Below are positions 13,327 through 27,486 of a stretch of 64,000 bases of DNA, one piece after another; the stretch's first letter is position 1, and each line of letters starts with the position of its first letter. The translations under genes were made by a program, and so were the position numbers. The notes under the pieces were generated by a model, which was given only the letters and a program-made list of their open reading frames with translations, ran no database searches and was not told where the DNA came from. Origin of the DNA: Eledone cirrhosa (Eukaryota); the NCBI GenBank assembly GCA_964016885.1, contig OZ024752.1, positions 45,260,001 to 45,324,000 of the forward strand, read 5' to 3'.

Positions 13327-13660
13327 GGAAGCACATGGCTTAGTGGTTAGAGCATTGGGCTTGCAATCGAAAGGTTGTGTGTTCAATTCTCAGACCGGGT
13401 GATGTGTTGTTTCCTTGAGCAAGACACTTTATTTCACATTGCTCCAGTTTACTCAGCTGTAGAAATGAGATGATAGGGACCCTAGTCCCTATCATCTCAT
13501 TCCACTGCAAAGTGGTCGTGGAGGTGCCACGGCAAAAAAGCACCCAGCACTCACTGTAAATGAGGTTGGTGTTAGGAAGGGCATCCAGCTGTAGAAATCA
13601 AGCCAGAATCAGTTCCCGTCCCACCCTTGCAAGCAGGGAAAAGCGGACGTAAAATGAGAT
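13327..13660 (+). mobile_element. tRNA-derived CORE-like SINE (family S2), full length
   Basis: tggcttagtggttagagc (A box), gttcaattc (B box), ccttgagcaagacacttt (CORE-like) and a 3' part ggaagggcatccagctg ending toward (GAT)n; copies at 18165, 48561 and 56167. Confidence 0.85.
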
Positions 13661-13695
13661 ATATATATATATATATATATCTATATATATATATA

Positions 13696-14306
<611 letters not shown>

Positions 14307-14307
14307 C

Positions 14308-14810
14308 CTGTGTTGGTGTGTGTGTGTTGATGTATGTGTGTGTGTTGGTGTGTGTGTGTTGGTGTATGTGTGTGTGTTGGTGTGTGTGTGTTGGTGTATG
14401 TGTGTGTGTTGGTGTGTGTGTGTTGATGTATGTGTGTGTGTTGGTGTGTGTGTGTTGGTGTGTGTGTGTTGGTGTATGTGTGTTGTTGTATGTGTGTGTG
14501 TTGATGTATGTGTGTGTGTTGATGTATGTGTGTGTGTTGGTGTATGTGTGTTGATGTATGTGTGTGTTTGTGTGTGTGTTGGTGTATGTGTGTGTGTTGT
14601 TGTGTGTGTGTGCGTTGGCGTGTGTGTGTGTGTTGGTGTATGTGTGTTGATGTATGTGTGTGTGTTGTTGTGTGTGTTGGTGTATGTGTGTGTGTTGGTG
14701 TATGTGTGTTGGTGTATGTGTGTTGTTGTGTGCGTTGGCGTGTGTGCGTTGGCGTGTGTGCGTTGGCGTATGTGTGTGTGTGTTGGTGTATGTGTTGTGT
14801 GCGTTGGATT
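14308..14810. repeat. Degenerate (GT)n/TGTTGG microsatellite
   Basis: Direct reading. Confidence 0.9.
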
Positions 14811-15872
14811 GTATGTGATATAGTAATGGTGGAGGTGGTGTTAGTAGTGGGAGGGAATTGTTCCAGGTGGGAGCTCAGAAAGCTATGTTACCTGTGTGAG
14901 GATGAGAAGATCTCGTTTAGCTCCAGTTTAGCTTCAGGTAGACTGACATATTAGGTTAGCTGTTGTATGGTGGGTGGTACGAGGGTGCAGTGGTGTGTAA
15001 TGATAGACTAAGAGGTGGGGGTGGGGGTGGAGGACGAGAGATGGGGGTGAGGATGGTGGTGGTATGGTGTGAAAGATAGAGAGATAGCAGTGTTATGGTG
15101 TTAAAGGTGTGTATGTATGTATATATATATGTAGAGAGAGAGAGAGAGAGAGAGAGTTAGCAGTGTTATGGTGGGAGTATGGGGTATACTATAATGAGAG
15201 GAGGGGGGTGGGGTGATTTCATATCTGATGAATTTCACCTCTTCTTGCACTTTTTATTCTACCTCTGATGTTAATGATGATGGTGGTGGTGGTGGTGGTG
15301 GTGGTGGTGGTGGTGGTGGTGAAAGTGATAGGGATGAAAGTGGTTATGATGATGATGGTGATAAGGGTAAAGATAATAGTGACCCTATTATTGGCAGCAG
15401 TGGTTACAGCTCCCTAAACTTGACCCCTTAAGTTCTTACTATAGTTACTATATTTCCAGAGTACCCACCTCCTATGTTAATATGGTACCCTGGATAACAG
15501 AAGCTATGAACTACCGCTACAGAGCCTTCTTAGCATTTTAAGGTGTGCGGCAGAGACCCTTGCCGGAGGTGTAAGAGCCAGTGATGTCATGGGGACAGGG
15601 GGACCCTTTCAGAAGCAGAAGGACGCAGAGATATCACATAATGGGATGTAAGAAGTAGCAGCAGATTTAGGGTCTTTTTCTCTGGTCAATGACCCTTTGG
15701 GAAGCAGGTTTTTGCTCTGTGTGTTGGGACTATATGGTTATATTTTCTGACCAGAGGGTCAGGCTGGGTACTTATAGACACAAATGTACCCCATTTCTGG
15801 ACAAGATCAGCCAGTGAGACAACCTGCAAGGTAGGTGGGCTACATTTGCCCCCTTGTACCACAGAAGGAATC

Positions 15873-15933
<61 letters not shown>

Positions 15934-16175
15934 CACAAATTTAAATAATTTCGAAAGACATATGGTGCACTAGAAAATTAAAATTGCCAAGATAATAGAT
16001 TCTTGCCTTATCAAATTTAATAATCCAGCGTCTGAAACGTTAAGACCCTCTTCCTGCTATTTCAAGAGTTAACCTAATATATTCCTTCCATCTACTGTAC
16101 CGATTGTGTTGTTATTTCTGGTTACCTTGAGCTGTTTTAATGACTATTCTAGCCATGAGTTTTCTCATTTATATA

Positions 16176-16209
<34 letters not shown>

Positions 16210-16703
16210 CACATATAAAAATGAGAAAACTCATGGCTAGAATAGTCATTAAAACAGCTCAATGTTTTGAACCAAAAGAGGTGAGAGAATTCTGGCCGGA
16301 TATGGATGGTTTAAATGTTAAAGGGTTAATGATCCCCTGCTGTGGCTGGTCAACCACAGGAAGGGGTCAATTTGGATCATACAAAAGTACAGCAGTAGTT
16401 AGTAGAAGAATAATGAAGCATAATTTCACAACACACTCATACGCACTCGTACACACATACACAGAATTTGAGATATTGTGTTGAGTGCATTATAAGAAAG
16501 CAAACGTGAAATGCCTGCCATATGTTTTTACTATGTTTATAAATAGTTGGGAAGATGTAAAATAGATTCCAAGCAGATGGCTTAGCTCGGCAGTTTAGGA
16601 ATAGATCTACTATAATGGTAATCTAACAGCTACAACTAGCTTGGCTGGTTCTACCATTATGGCTAATGGTGAGGAAGCCCTCTAGGTCACAGACCATAGT
16701 TGA

Positions 16704-17290
16704 ACCAGTTTGGCTGGTACTATGATTAAGGCCAACGATGAGGAAATCACCAAGGTCTCTGACCTTAGAGAGCACCAGTTTGGCAGGTACTATGATTAAG
16801 GCCAACGATGAGGAAATCACCAAGGTCTCTGACCTTAGAGAGCACCAGTTTGGCTGGTACTATGATTAAGGCCAACGATGAGGAAATCACCAAGGTCTCT
16901 GACACTTAGAGAGCACCAGTTTGGCTGGTACTATGATTAAGGCCAACGATGAGGAAATCACCAAGGTCTCTGACCTTAGAGAGCACCAGTTTGGCTGGTA
17001 CTATGATTAAGGCCAACAATGAGGAAATCACCAAGGTCTCTGACCTTAGAGAGCACCAGTTTGGCTGGTACTATGATTAAGGCCAACGATGAGGAAATCA
17101 CCAAGGTCTCTGACCTTAGAGAGCACCAGTTTGGCTGGTACTATGATTAAGGCCAACGATGAGGAAATCACCAAGGTCTCTGACCTTAGAGAGCACCAGT
17201 TTGGCTGGTACTATGATTAAGGCCAACAATGAGGAAATCACCAAGGTCTCTGACCTTAGAGAGCACCAGCTTGGCTGGTACTACCATTAA
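16704..17290. repeat. 70-bp minisatellite, about 8 copies
   Basis: Unit accagtttggctggtactatgattaaggccaacgatgaggaaatcaccaaggtctctgaccttagagagc. Confidence 0.95.
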
Positions 17291-18046
17291 AGCTAACAAA
17301 GAAGTCATCTAAGTCACTGACCTTAAAATCGCACATTACTGAACTTTAAAGGATCACAGTTTTACCCCCATTTTTATAGCATACATATAGCCCTGGTGCG
17401 ACTATTAATCCTTTTTGTTACCAAACACTTCGCAAAACTGCCTTTGGTTCTATGAAACAAAACTATCCACTTTAAAAGGTTCCTTTTTAAATTAAAATAT
17501 ACACTGTTCACTTTCCTGACATTTGTACATAATTCTATGTACTATACATGCACCTTTGATGAGCTGTAGTGCACCTGAGCACTGTACACAATTTTCATTA
17601 TTATTATTATAATTTTATATAAAACATAAATAAGCATGCTGTTGCCATGTAAACAGCCAGTCCCGTACACCTGGAACTAGGTGTTGATACGGCAGGAGCT
17701 CAGCCATCGGGTCCCACTTTTACAATGTCCACATTGTAAAAGTGGTTGGTGTTAGGAAGGGCATCCAGCGGTAGAAAACCTGCCAGGTAGTCCTATACGA
17801 GCGAGACACGGTCACCCGACCAATCTTGCCTCAAATGGGACAATTCCCGTCTAACCCATGCTAGCGTGGAAGATAGATGTTAAACGATGATGATGATATA
17901 TATCAAATTAAAAAATATGAGGAAATAATAGACAAAAATATACCTATTTTTTCTTCAAAGTCCCGACTGCAGTTTCACCGATCCATGTGAACTGATTTCT
18001 ACACTACAAAAATGCATCATTGCTGTGAGGTTGGTATGGCTTATCA

Positions 18047-18510
<464 letters not shown>

Positions 18511-18791
18511 ACACACACAATATTATGACTCACCAGTGTAAAGGTCAATAGGCAGGGCACAAGTCTGGCCAGGTGTTTTGTTTGATACCTCAATAATCAG
18601 TAAACTTTTATACCTGGGTCTGTGTTTGTTTTTCCATATGTATGTGTGTATGCATGTGTTTATATATATATATATAATGTATATATGTATGTATGTATAT
18701 CTTTTTCTTTATATAACATGATCTGTATCTACACTTTTACACTATATAACGTCCACACTTTTTACACTATATATATGTATGTGTACAAATG

Positions 18792-18825
<34 letters not shown>

Positions 18826-19889
18826 ATGTGTGTGTGTGTATATGTATATTTTTACACCCAAATTCCCGAAACCAGCACTTGATTCTATAATACAAAACTA
18901 TTTCTTTTAAGTTGTTCATATATATCTAAAAAACCCTTTAAGTTATGTTCCAAGCATCAGTTTAATCCCTTTGACCCCAACCTAGTCAAAAACTAGCCCG
19001 GACTATATGAAACAAAATCATATATTTTGAAAAAGGTTTTATTTAACTCTTCACCTCCTTTAACCATTTAGATGAAAGTATTTAAAATCAGGTTCTAGAT
19101 TATAAAATGTTTTATTGTAAAAATTGCAAGTGTCTTTTGTTGTTATGGAAACAGAAAAGGAAGAGAAAGACAAAAGACAAAGTCTCTAGGGTCACAGTCA
19201 GGCATTCTAGATTAGAAATTTACCTGCTTTAAATGGGTAAGAATTATCCTATCTAGGAGTTTTCCATCTTCAGAGTTGGGTCTGGCAGGCTATAGTTGTG
19301 ATGGGAAATAGGTCGTTGTGAAAATTTTAAAGTAAACTAAAATAAAGACTTCGGTTTTTAATTTGATGCTGTCATAGTGCTGTTTTGTACTTTCGAAGAA
19401 TATCTTACTAATGTGGTTTCATTTGGTACAGGACTTTAAGATTTAAATCAAATTATTCCGACATAATTTTATACTAGAATCATATATGAAGTTATTCTTT
19501 TAATAATGAAATAATTAATAATTTTAGGAAATCCTTAAAAATTATTTATAAATATTTGAAACAAGGTTTATTTCATTAGAAATATGATTATAAAATTGAC
19601 TTAACTTTATTATTATTATCATTGTGGAAAACTGGGAGAGGGCACTTGCCCTGGTGGTCAAGGTCGCTGTGGCCTTTTAATGGGCTTTCTCCACAAATGT
19701 CCCTCGGAAGTCTCCCCCCTATTGGGGAATTTTTCATTGTTATTTTTTTGTTACATCCTCTGTTTTTGTTTTTTTTTACACGCAGAAATGCCCATTTGTA
19801 CCGTCCTGTATTGTTCTGTACTGTCCTTAATGTCTACTTTATGTAAACCCTTGTGGTTAATAAAGAAAGCATTATATTATCATTATTAT

Positions 19890-20215
19890 TGGAGTCTCAG
19901 TCATTTATGTTATTTAACTGGAAAGTTTGTTCAAATGAAACATCAAGTCGCTACCTGCAGCCTCAGATATTCAGGACGTATCAGAGGGTTGTTGCTGTTC
20001 CCAGCAAGCATCCCTTTTGAAGTGTTCCTTTTGAAGAAAGGGGGCTGGACTAATGTTCTTTAACCATCCTTGAAAACTCTTTGAGATAGTACCTAGTGCT
20101 CCTATGACAATCAGGATGACCTTGATCTCATGACAGTTCCAAATCCTTTTTAACTCCCACTTTAAATCCTGGTATCGGTTAATTTTCTCCTTCTCCTTTT
20201 CTTGCATTCTCGTGT
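19890..20215 (-). mobile_element. R4/Dong-like LINE C-terminal restriction-like endonuclease fragment
   Basis: EKEKINRYQDLKWELKRIW...VILIVIGALG motif; flanked by (ATT)n. Confidence 0.75.
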
Positions 20216-20238
20216 AAAAGATAATTATTATTATTATT

Positions 20239-20645
20239 CAGAATCGGTAGAGGGTCGGACGCCATGCTTTGCAGCATAGAGTTACAGCCCTTGCCATTCT
20301 GAGTTCAAATCCTGCCGAGGTTAACTTTGCCTTTCATCCTTACGGGGTCGATAAAATAAAATACCAGTAATACACTGGGTAATTGCTGGCCTTGTGCCTA
20401 AAGTAGAAACAATTATTATTATTATTATTATATTGAGGGCGGTGGATTGGCAGTATCGGTAGAGGGTCGGATGCCATGCTTTCCAGCACAGTTACGTCCC
20501 TTTACGGTCTGAGTTCAAATCCCGCCGAGGTTAACTTTGCCTTTCATCTTACAGGGTCGATAAAATAAAGTACCAGTAATGCACAGGGTAATTACTGGCC
20601 TTGTGCCTAAAGTAGAAACAATTATTATTATTATTATTATTATTA
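20239..20645 (+). mobile_element. Two tandem S1 SINEs with (ATT)n tails
   Basis: Copies at 20239-20430 and 20437-20645. Confidence 0.85.
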
Positions 20646-20997
20646 TAAATACCTTCTTGATTATTTTGAAAATTATTTTAAAACCATAGGCAGTGTCTTT
20701 CACTAGAAATACGGTAACAAAAAGTTAAGGCCTTTTATATTCATTTAAAAACGTTGCATTATCAATATATGTAAGAACCTTTGTTAAGTTATATTCCAAA
20801 CACCAGCTTAATAATGAAAAAGTTAGTTATCTTCCTAATCTCTCCAAGTTCTTCAGTATTTTTAAAGCTATCAACAGCCACCTAACCATTCAAGTAACCA
20901 AGTAGCTAGTATGTGGTGCTTGAGAAGGTTACTGCCAGAATCTGAGTGAAACGTGAGATAGTTTCAAGTATTTAGCACAGAAAATAAGATATTGGCA

Positions 20998-21051
<54 letters not shown>

Positions 21052-21194
21052 GTATATATGCATATGTATATGTATATATGCATATGTATATATATATATA
21101 TATATATATACATATATATGTATACATATATATACATATATATATACATATTCATTCACACATACACACACATATATATATATATATGCATATG

Positions 21195-21226
<32 letters not shown>

Positions 21227-21243
21227 CATATACATTCACACAT

Positions 21244-21292
<49 letters not shown>

Positions 21293-21366
21293 TATATATA
21301 TATATACATAAATATATATACATATACATTCACACATACACACACATATATGTATATATGCATATG

Positions 21367-21404
<38 letters not shown>

Positions 21405-21509
21405 CATATACATTCACACATACACACTCATATATATATATATGTATATATGCATATGTATATATATATACATATATATATATACATATACATTCACACA
21501 TACGCACAC

Positions 21510-21554
<45 letters not shown>

Positions 21555-21644
21555 CATTCACACACATATATGTATACATATATATACATGCATATATACA
21601 TATATATATATATACATATATATACACACACATATACATATATA

Positions 21645-21684
<40 letters not shown>

Positions 21685-21762
21685 TACATTCAGACACATA
21701 TATATATACATATATACACACATACACATATATATATATACATATATGCACATATATATATA
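20998..21762. repeat. Compound TA/CA microsatellite
   Basis: Direct reading. Confidence 0.95.
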
Positions 21763-22039
21763 GTAGGGATTGATATATCTGAGTGTTTATCTACGAGAAG
21801 GTGTTTATTTGTGCAACTTTCAAAATACTGCTCGAAGCACCATCAAAGAGGGCAGATAGCTTATTCTAGGAATTAAGATTGTACTAGGTGAACTTGTTAT
21901 GTCTACCAGAAGGTGCTACTGAATAAGAACTTATAAAGTAGCTCTGTATGTACCTTCACAGGTTAATGAGATAAAACTATAGACAACAGGTGTCCAATAG
22001 GTAGGACCAGCATGTCCCAGAATCTGTCCTTACTGACAG

Positions 22040-22155
22040 AGACAAACCCCAGATAATCTGGGACTTCACTATCCAAACAAACCACAGGCTTGAACACAGA
22101 AATAGTCATGAATGCCAGATTATTGATGTTACCGCCCCAGGAGATTACAACATGG
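22040..22155 (+). mobile_element. R4/Dong-like LINE fragment
   Basis: Translates IIWDFTIQTNHRLEHR...CQIIDVTAPGD. Confidence 0.55.
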
Positions 22156-22279
22156 ATGTCTAACCCATGCTAGCATGGAAGATGGACGTTAAACGAAGAT
22201 GATGATGATGATGTAATAGAATTTGGATTCAATAGTATCCACATACCTGGTCCTGACCCCCTTATCAAGCTAGATCTAC

Positions 22280-22870
22280 CAGTTTTGTGAAGTTTCCTTG
22301 GCTTTAGGGGTAGTCTCGGGCTGAAGATAACTAGATGGTGACCAGTTGACAGCCCAGCCCCTCTCCTAACATGAACATCCAGCATGGAATCAATGAGATC
22401 AGAGACAAGAACAAAATCAATTATTGATCTCTGTCCCTGATTCCCCTTATACCATGTATATTTATGGATGTCTCTGTGCTGGAAGAAGGTGTTCATCAGA
22501 GAGAACCCATTACTAGAACAGAAGTCCCATTAGACCTCTCCTTTCACATTTAGATCAGAGTTACTGTTCCTTCCAATGTCTCCTTTCCATGTCAGGACAT
22601 CAGTGCCAACATGTGTATTGAAGTTTCCCATCAGGTTATATGACTGTCTTAACTACTGCAGTGACTTCATCAAGGAACGACCTCTATTCGGACTCTCTGT
22701 TTGGTGCATAAATGTCCATCACCTACGGAGACCTATCTTTCAGCCAAAGTTTCAAGAGGCAAATCCTCCTTTCCAATGGGATCCAGACCATAAGCCATTC
22801 TGACAGCCTGGGCCTTCTAAGTATCCTCAGTCCTACCTATGGAGTCATTGCTGGCCCCAACCCTGAATAG
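22280..22870 (-). mobile_element. Decayed LINE apurinic-endonuclease domain (RTE-like)
   Basis: NTFFQHRDIHKYTW...RSIIDFVLVS...DVHVRRGAGLSTGHHLV matches the non-LTR APE domain pattern; frameshifted upstream. Confidence 0.75.
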
Positions 22871-23533
22871 TAGAAGCAAATAGAATCAAAACAGAAGCTG
22901 GATGAGGAAAATGAAAACACGGAAGAAACTAAATTTGTTATTGGTGGTGTTGTTGTTGTTGTTGTTGTTATGTAGTTACAGATAGTGTTGTTATAGTTGT
23001 TTCTTTAGAAAGTCCCATGTTTTCCAGTAGAGGGCAGTGGTGTTGTGTTCATTGAACCATAACACATTCCTAGCTCCAATCATATATACAGTAAACCATG
23101 AAATGTCAACATCACACACACACACACACTCACACACATACACACACATACACAAATAAGCACACACACATCATCATCATCACCATCATCACCAACATCA
23201 CCAACATCACCATCATCACTACCACCACCATCATTTTACACAGAAAACAAACATAAAATGATAACAATGACAACGCTAATGATGATGACGATGATGATGA
23301 TGGTTATATTCTCTAAGAATCACTGATCTCAAGTATTTGGCCATGCTACAGCAACATAAACAACCAAGCAACAACACAAGTTTGTTACTATTGACACCAC
23401 ACGACCTCTCTTTAAACTGCCACAATCTCTACAGTGACCCCTCAACCCCTCTTTACATGGTGGTGGTGGTGTGGTGGACGATGGTGGTGTTGCTGACGAG
23501 AATGGTGGTGGAGATGATGGTGATGATGGCGGT

Positions 23534-23584
<51 letters not shown>

Positions 23585-23606
23585 TCTATTTCTCTCTCTC
23601 TCTTTG

Positions 23607-23640
<34 letters not shown>

Positions 23641-24680
23641 CCTCTCTCTCTCTCTCTACCTCTCTACCTCTCTACCACAACATCTACAGTAACCCCTCTT
23701 TAAATGTTGTTACTGTTGTAAACAACATTCTGTTAACATCCCCTCTTTCTGCCCCATTTTAAGGTTATTTTGTCAGAGAATTTCTAATATTTTCATTAAT
23801 GCCTCAAGAAATATTTTAATGAGGAATTTTGTTGAGTCTCTGACTAATATTGCAATTTACAATAATATTAGATCTTCTCTTGTGTCTCTCTCTCTCTCTT
23901 CTCTCTGTCTCTCTCTTCTCTGTCTCCTCTCTGTCTCTCTCTTATCTCTGTCTCTCTCTTATCTCTGTCTCTCTCTTCTCTCTCTTTCTCTCTCGTCTCT
24001 CTCTCTCGTCTCTCTCTCTCTCGCTCTTCTGTCTCTCTCTTTGTCTCTCTCTCCCTGTATATTAGATCTTTTCTTGTGTCTTGCTCTCTCTCTGTCTCTC
24101 ACTGTATATTAGATCTATGCCTCTCTCTTTTCTTTGTCTCTCTCTCTCCTCTCTGTCTGATCCTGTATATCCCCCCCTCTCTCTCTCTCATACACACTGT
24201 TTTTATTCTGTACCCCCTCCTCTGGTGGGGGTGATGTAGGTGGTGGTATAGAGAACTGTGTCTGTATAATGACCATGCAAATGAAACGGTCAGCCCCCAA
24301 CCTGTCTCTATATATGGTTTAAGCACCATGTGTCTATAAAATAGACAGTTCTCCCACTACACATCTCCCAGCTTCTACACCCACACCCACTCACCCACTC
24401 ACCCACACACACACATACAGTATGGCTCCTCTTCTACAGCAACAACAGCACCAACAACAATATTAGATATTTGTTATAGCTATCAAATCTCAGTTTATGA
24501 ATACTGTGAAAAAATAACAGCACTTTTAATTCCAAACTGGTTAAAACTGGCCAAGATTCTATGATACAGAATTGTCTGTTTCGGATGGCAACTTTTTAAT
24601 ATCATGTCTAGTCCTTTCTCAATATTTGAGCTGTTCCCAGTAGGCATATTTTCTCAAGTGGTTCAATCCTTGGTGTAAAG

Positions 24681-24966
24681 GAGTCATGGGCAACCTGTGG
24701 CCCGCAAAGCTTTCTGAAGGGCTCGCCTAAGTCTCCTCCTAAGTGAAATCTTTCTGATTCTTTTTTACCCCAACTTTTCAGCCGTAATTTATCTTTCTAT
24801 CAATTTTACGACCGAGGAGAACAACGTTTACGAATTCTGAAGAAACAACCTGAGTTACCGCCCTTTATTTTAATGTGGGCACGAATGTAAATTAGTGCTT
24901 GTGGCCCGCCTGATGATGAGACATATCTCATGTGGCCCGCTTCTTGTAAAAGGTTGCCCATGCCTG
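24681..24966. mobile_element. hAT-like MITE with 8-bp TSD
   Basis: TIRs (ga)gtcatgggcaacct and aggttgcccatgcctg, internal tggcccgc repeats, and GTGTAAAG duplicated at 24673-24680 and 24967-24974. Confidence 0.8.
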
Positions 24967-25265
24967 GTGTAAAGTCTATTTTTGACAGGTAATTTTCAAG
25001 GTTCTCTGTTACCATGCCAACAGCACCAATCAGTACTGGGACAATGGCGACTGTTTTCACTTCATTATTCCAGCATTTCAAGATCTCGTATTTGAAGTCG
25101 GTATAAGTCCCTACATTTCTCCTCTTTTCATTCAATTCTGGTGTCAAGAGGACACACAACATCTATGAAGGTGCAGTTTCTTTCTTCTTAATTACAACAA
25201 TATCTCGTCTGTTGTGTTCAATCTTCATCTCATTATGAATTGGGAAGTCCCATAAGAGCTTTATC

Positions 25266-25478
25266 TTAACCCTTTAGCATTTAAACTGGTCATATCCGGC
25301 CAGAATTCTCTCACCTCTTCCTGTTCAAATTGTCCATAACTGGCCACTCATATTAATGTTAAGGTATTGTTATCAAAATAAATATCAAAATATCATAGAT
25401 TCGATATCATGTGAGGTAAAGCCTTTACCATAAAAATCCCATAGTATATATAGAGTAATGTAGATGCTAAAGGGTTCA
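25266..25478 (+). mobile_element. piggyBac-like MITE
   Basis: TTAA-ccctttagcat...atgctaaaggg-TTCA; inserted in the LINE. Confidence 0.8.
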
Positions 25479-26399
25479 TGTTTTCTAGCACTCTCATCTC
25501 ATTTCTGACTCCATGTTCATAGTTTTTTCTGTACATGGAAATCCATACATTTTACACAATCTCCAGTGCAACATGAAAACCATTTTATCATGTCTGTCTG
25601 CTTTATACTCATTCTGGACCAACTGCTACACTCTGAAACTGTGGGTAACTGTCTCTCCTTTCTCTCCTGAAATTGCAGTCCTTCACTACCATTTTATCAA
25701 TCATCAGTTGGTCTTTAATTCTCCTCATATTACGTCTACTCCACTTCTGCTCACCAGGAAGCAAATTTTCTCTCTCCAAGTGTGTAAACATTTTTTCAGC
25801 TAATATTCCTGTTAGGAGCTTCCACATCAAAGGAAGACGTAATTAGTCTGAAATGTGAAACTTCGTTCCCCTTATTCTCATTTTTCAGTAACAAACATGA
25901 GCACCCTTTTCCCATCCATTCTGATCTTTCTTCAGAACTTAAGCCTTCATCTAACCATGTAATTATTACTTCATGTAAGTAGCTGAAGTTTTTTTTAACC
26001 AGTATCCATTTACATGATCAGGCTCACTTGTTTCCATCTTGGCATCTCTCACAACTCGGTCTTTTGTTATTTTGATATTTTCTATCTTTTGTACACCTGT
26101 TACCTGTTTCCTAACCTTCTTTATCCAATCTACTTTATCATTGTGCTGAACAGATCTGCTCCAAATCTTATTCCAATGCTGTCTTCTACATCTGGTCTTA
26201 CGTCATTCTTCCTTTCAATTCCATCCAGTTTCTCAAATATTCTTTTTTTGTTGATTTCAAAGAGTCTATTCTGCATATTTCGGTTAAGTCTTTCTTTGTA
26301 TTTCTTTAGTTTTGCAATCTTTGCTTTTATTCGTTGCTCCACCTTCTCCCCCACTGCATAATTCCTATATTCTTCACATGATATTCTCTTTCATTATCA

Positions 26400-26708
26400 T
26401 GACCATGAAAATCATGGGCAGAGGTGGTGAGAGCTAACCTCAGATCACTGAAGCTCACGGAGATGACGAAGGATCGTAATGAATGGAGAGATGCTGTGCT
26501 GAATAGGACCTTTCGGTAGAGCGTCAGACACTATACTTTGCAGCGTAGAGTTATGGCCCTTTACGTTCTGAGTTCAAATCTCACCAAGGATAGCTCTTTG
26601 CCTTTCCCCCTTACGGGGGGGGGGGGGGTCGATAAAATAAAGTACCAGTAATACACTGGGGGGGGGGGGGGTTATTGCTGGCATTGTGCCAAAAGTAGGA
26701 ACAATTAT
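26400..26708 (+). mobile_element. RTE LINE 3' tip followed by an S1 SINE
   Basis: 26400-26510 resembles the reverse complement of 61160-61275 ([20 protein letters not shown]); SINE at 26513-26708. Confidence 0.65.
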
Positions 26709-27030
26709 TTTTGTTATTTTTAATTGTCATGTGACCCTTCATATTCTGATTTAGCAGGAAACACACTCTATTTAACAGGAAACAAAACACTATTCTACAC
26801 ACATAACACGCGCACACATTCACACAAACACATAAATAAAATTCCTCTACATTTTGATGGGGTGGGAGGTGTTATCAGGAACCAGACTTGACTACTTAAC
26901 ACACCAAAATAGATATGAATTCTTTGTTGATTTGTCAATAGCCACATTTACTGAACCATGACATTCCTAAAATCTACAACAGAACTCTATACCTTATCAT
27001 ATTACCACCCACAACCAAACCAGTTGTACT

Positions 27031-27486
27031 CTAACCCTTTAACATTTACATTACTCTATATATACTATTGTATTGTCACAGTAAAGGCTTTACCTCACAT
27101 AATATCTCACATAACATTTACATTACTCTATATATACTATTGTATTTTCACTGTAAAGGCTTTACCTCACATAATATCTCACATAACATTTACATTACTC
27201 TATATATACTATTGTATTTTCACAGTAAAGGCTTTACCTCACATAATATCTCATGTAACATTTACATTACTCTATATATACTATTGTATTTTCACAGTAA
27301 AGGCTTTACCTCACATAATATCTCACATATTATCTCACATAATATCGAATCTATGAGATTTTGATATCATTTATTTTGAGAACAATATCTTAACATAAGT
27401 ATGAGCAGCTGGTTATGGCCAGTTTGAACAGAAAGAGGTGAGAGAATTCTAGCCAGATATGGCTGGTTTAAATGCTAAAGGGTTAA
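27031..27486 (-). mobile_element. piggyBac-like MITE with about 4 internal 72-bp repeats
   Basis: Both TIRs present (cccttt...aaagggTTAA); internal unit identical to the 10.8-12.4 kb satellite. Confidence 0.85.

Larger units (their letters stand above)
24600..26400 (-). mobile_element. Decayed R4/Dong-like LINE (RT and RLE remnants) interrupted by two MITEs
   Basis: [62 protein letters not shown] and KICLLGTAQILRK segments. Confidence 0.75.

Noticed and set aside
13335-13400. tRNA gene
   Set aside because: tRNA-like A and B boxes are the head of a multi-copy SINE; no proper acceptor stem.
16704-17290. CRISPR or ribozyme array (gatgag...gaaa)
   Set aside because: Identical tandem units without spacers; the core reads acgatga-g-gaaa with no stem II.
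24250-24355. Promoter (ATGCAAAT octamer plus TATAAAA)
   Set aside because: Short motifs expected by chance in AT-rich DNA; no downstream gene evidence.
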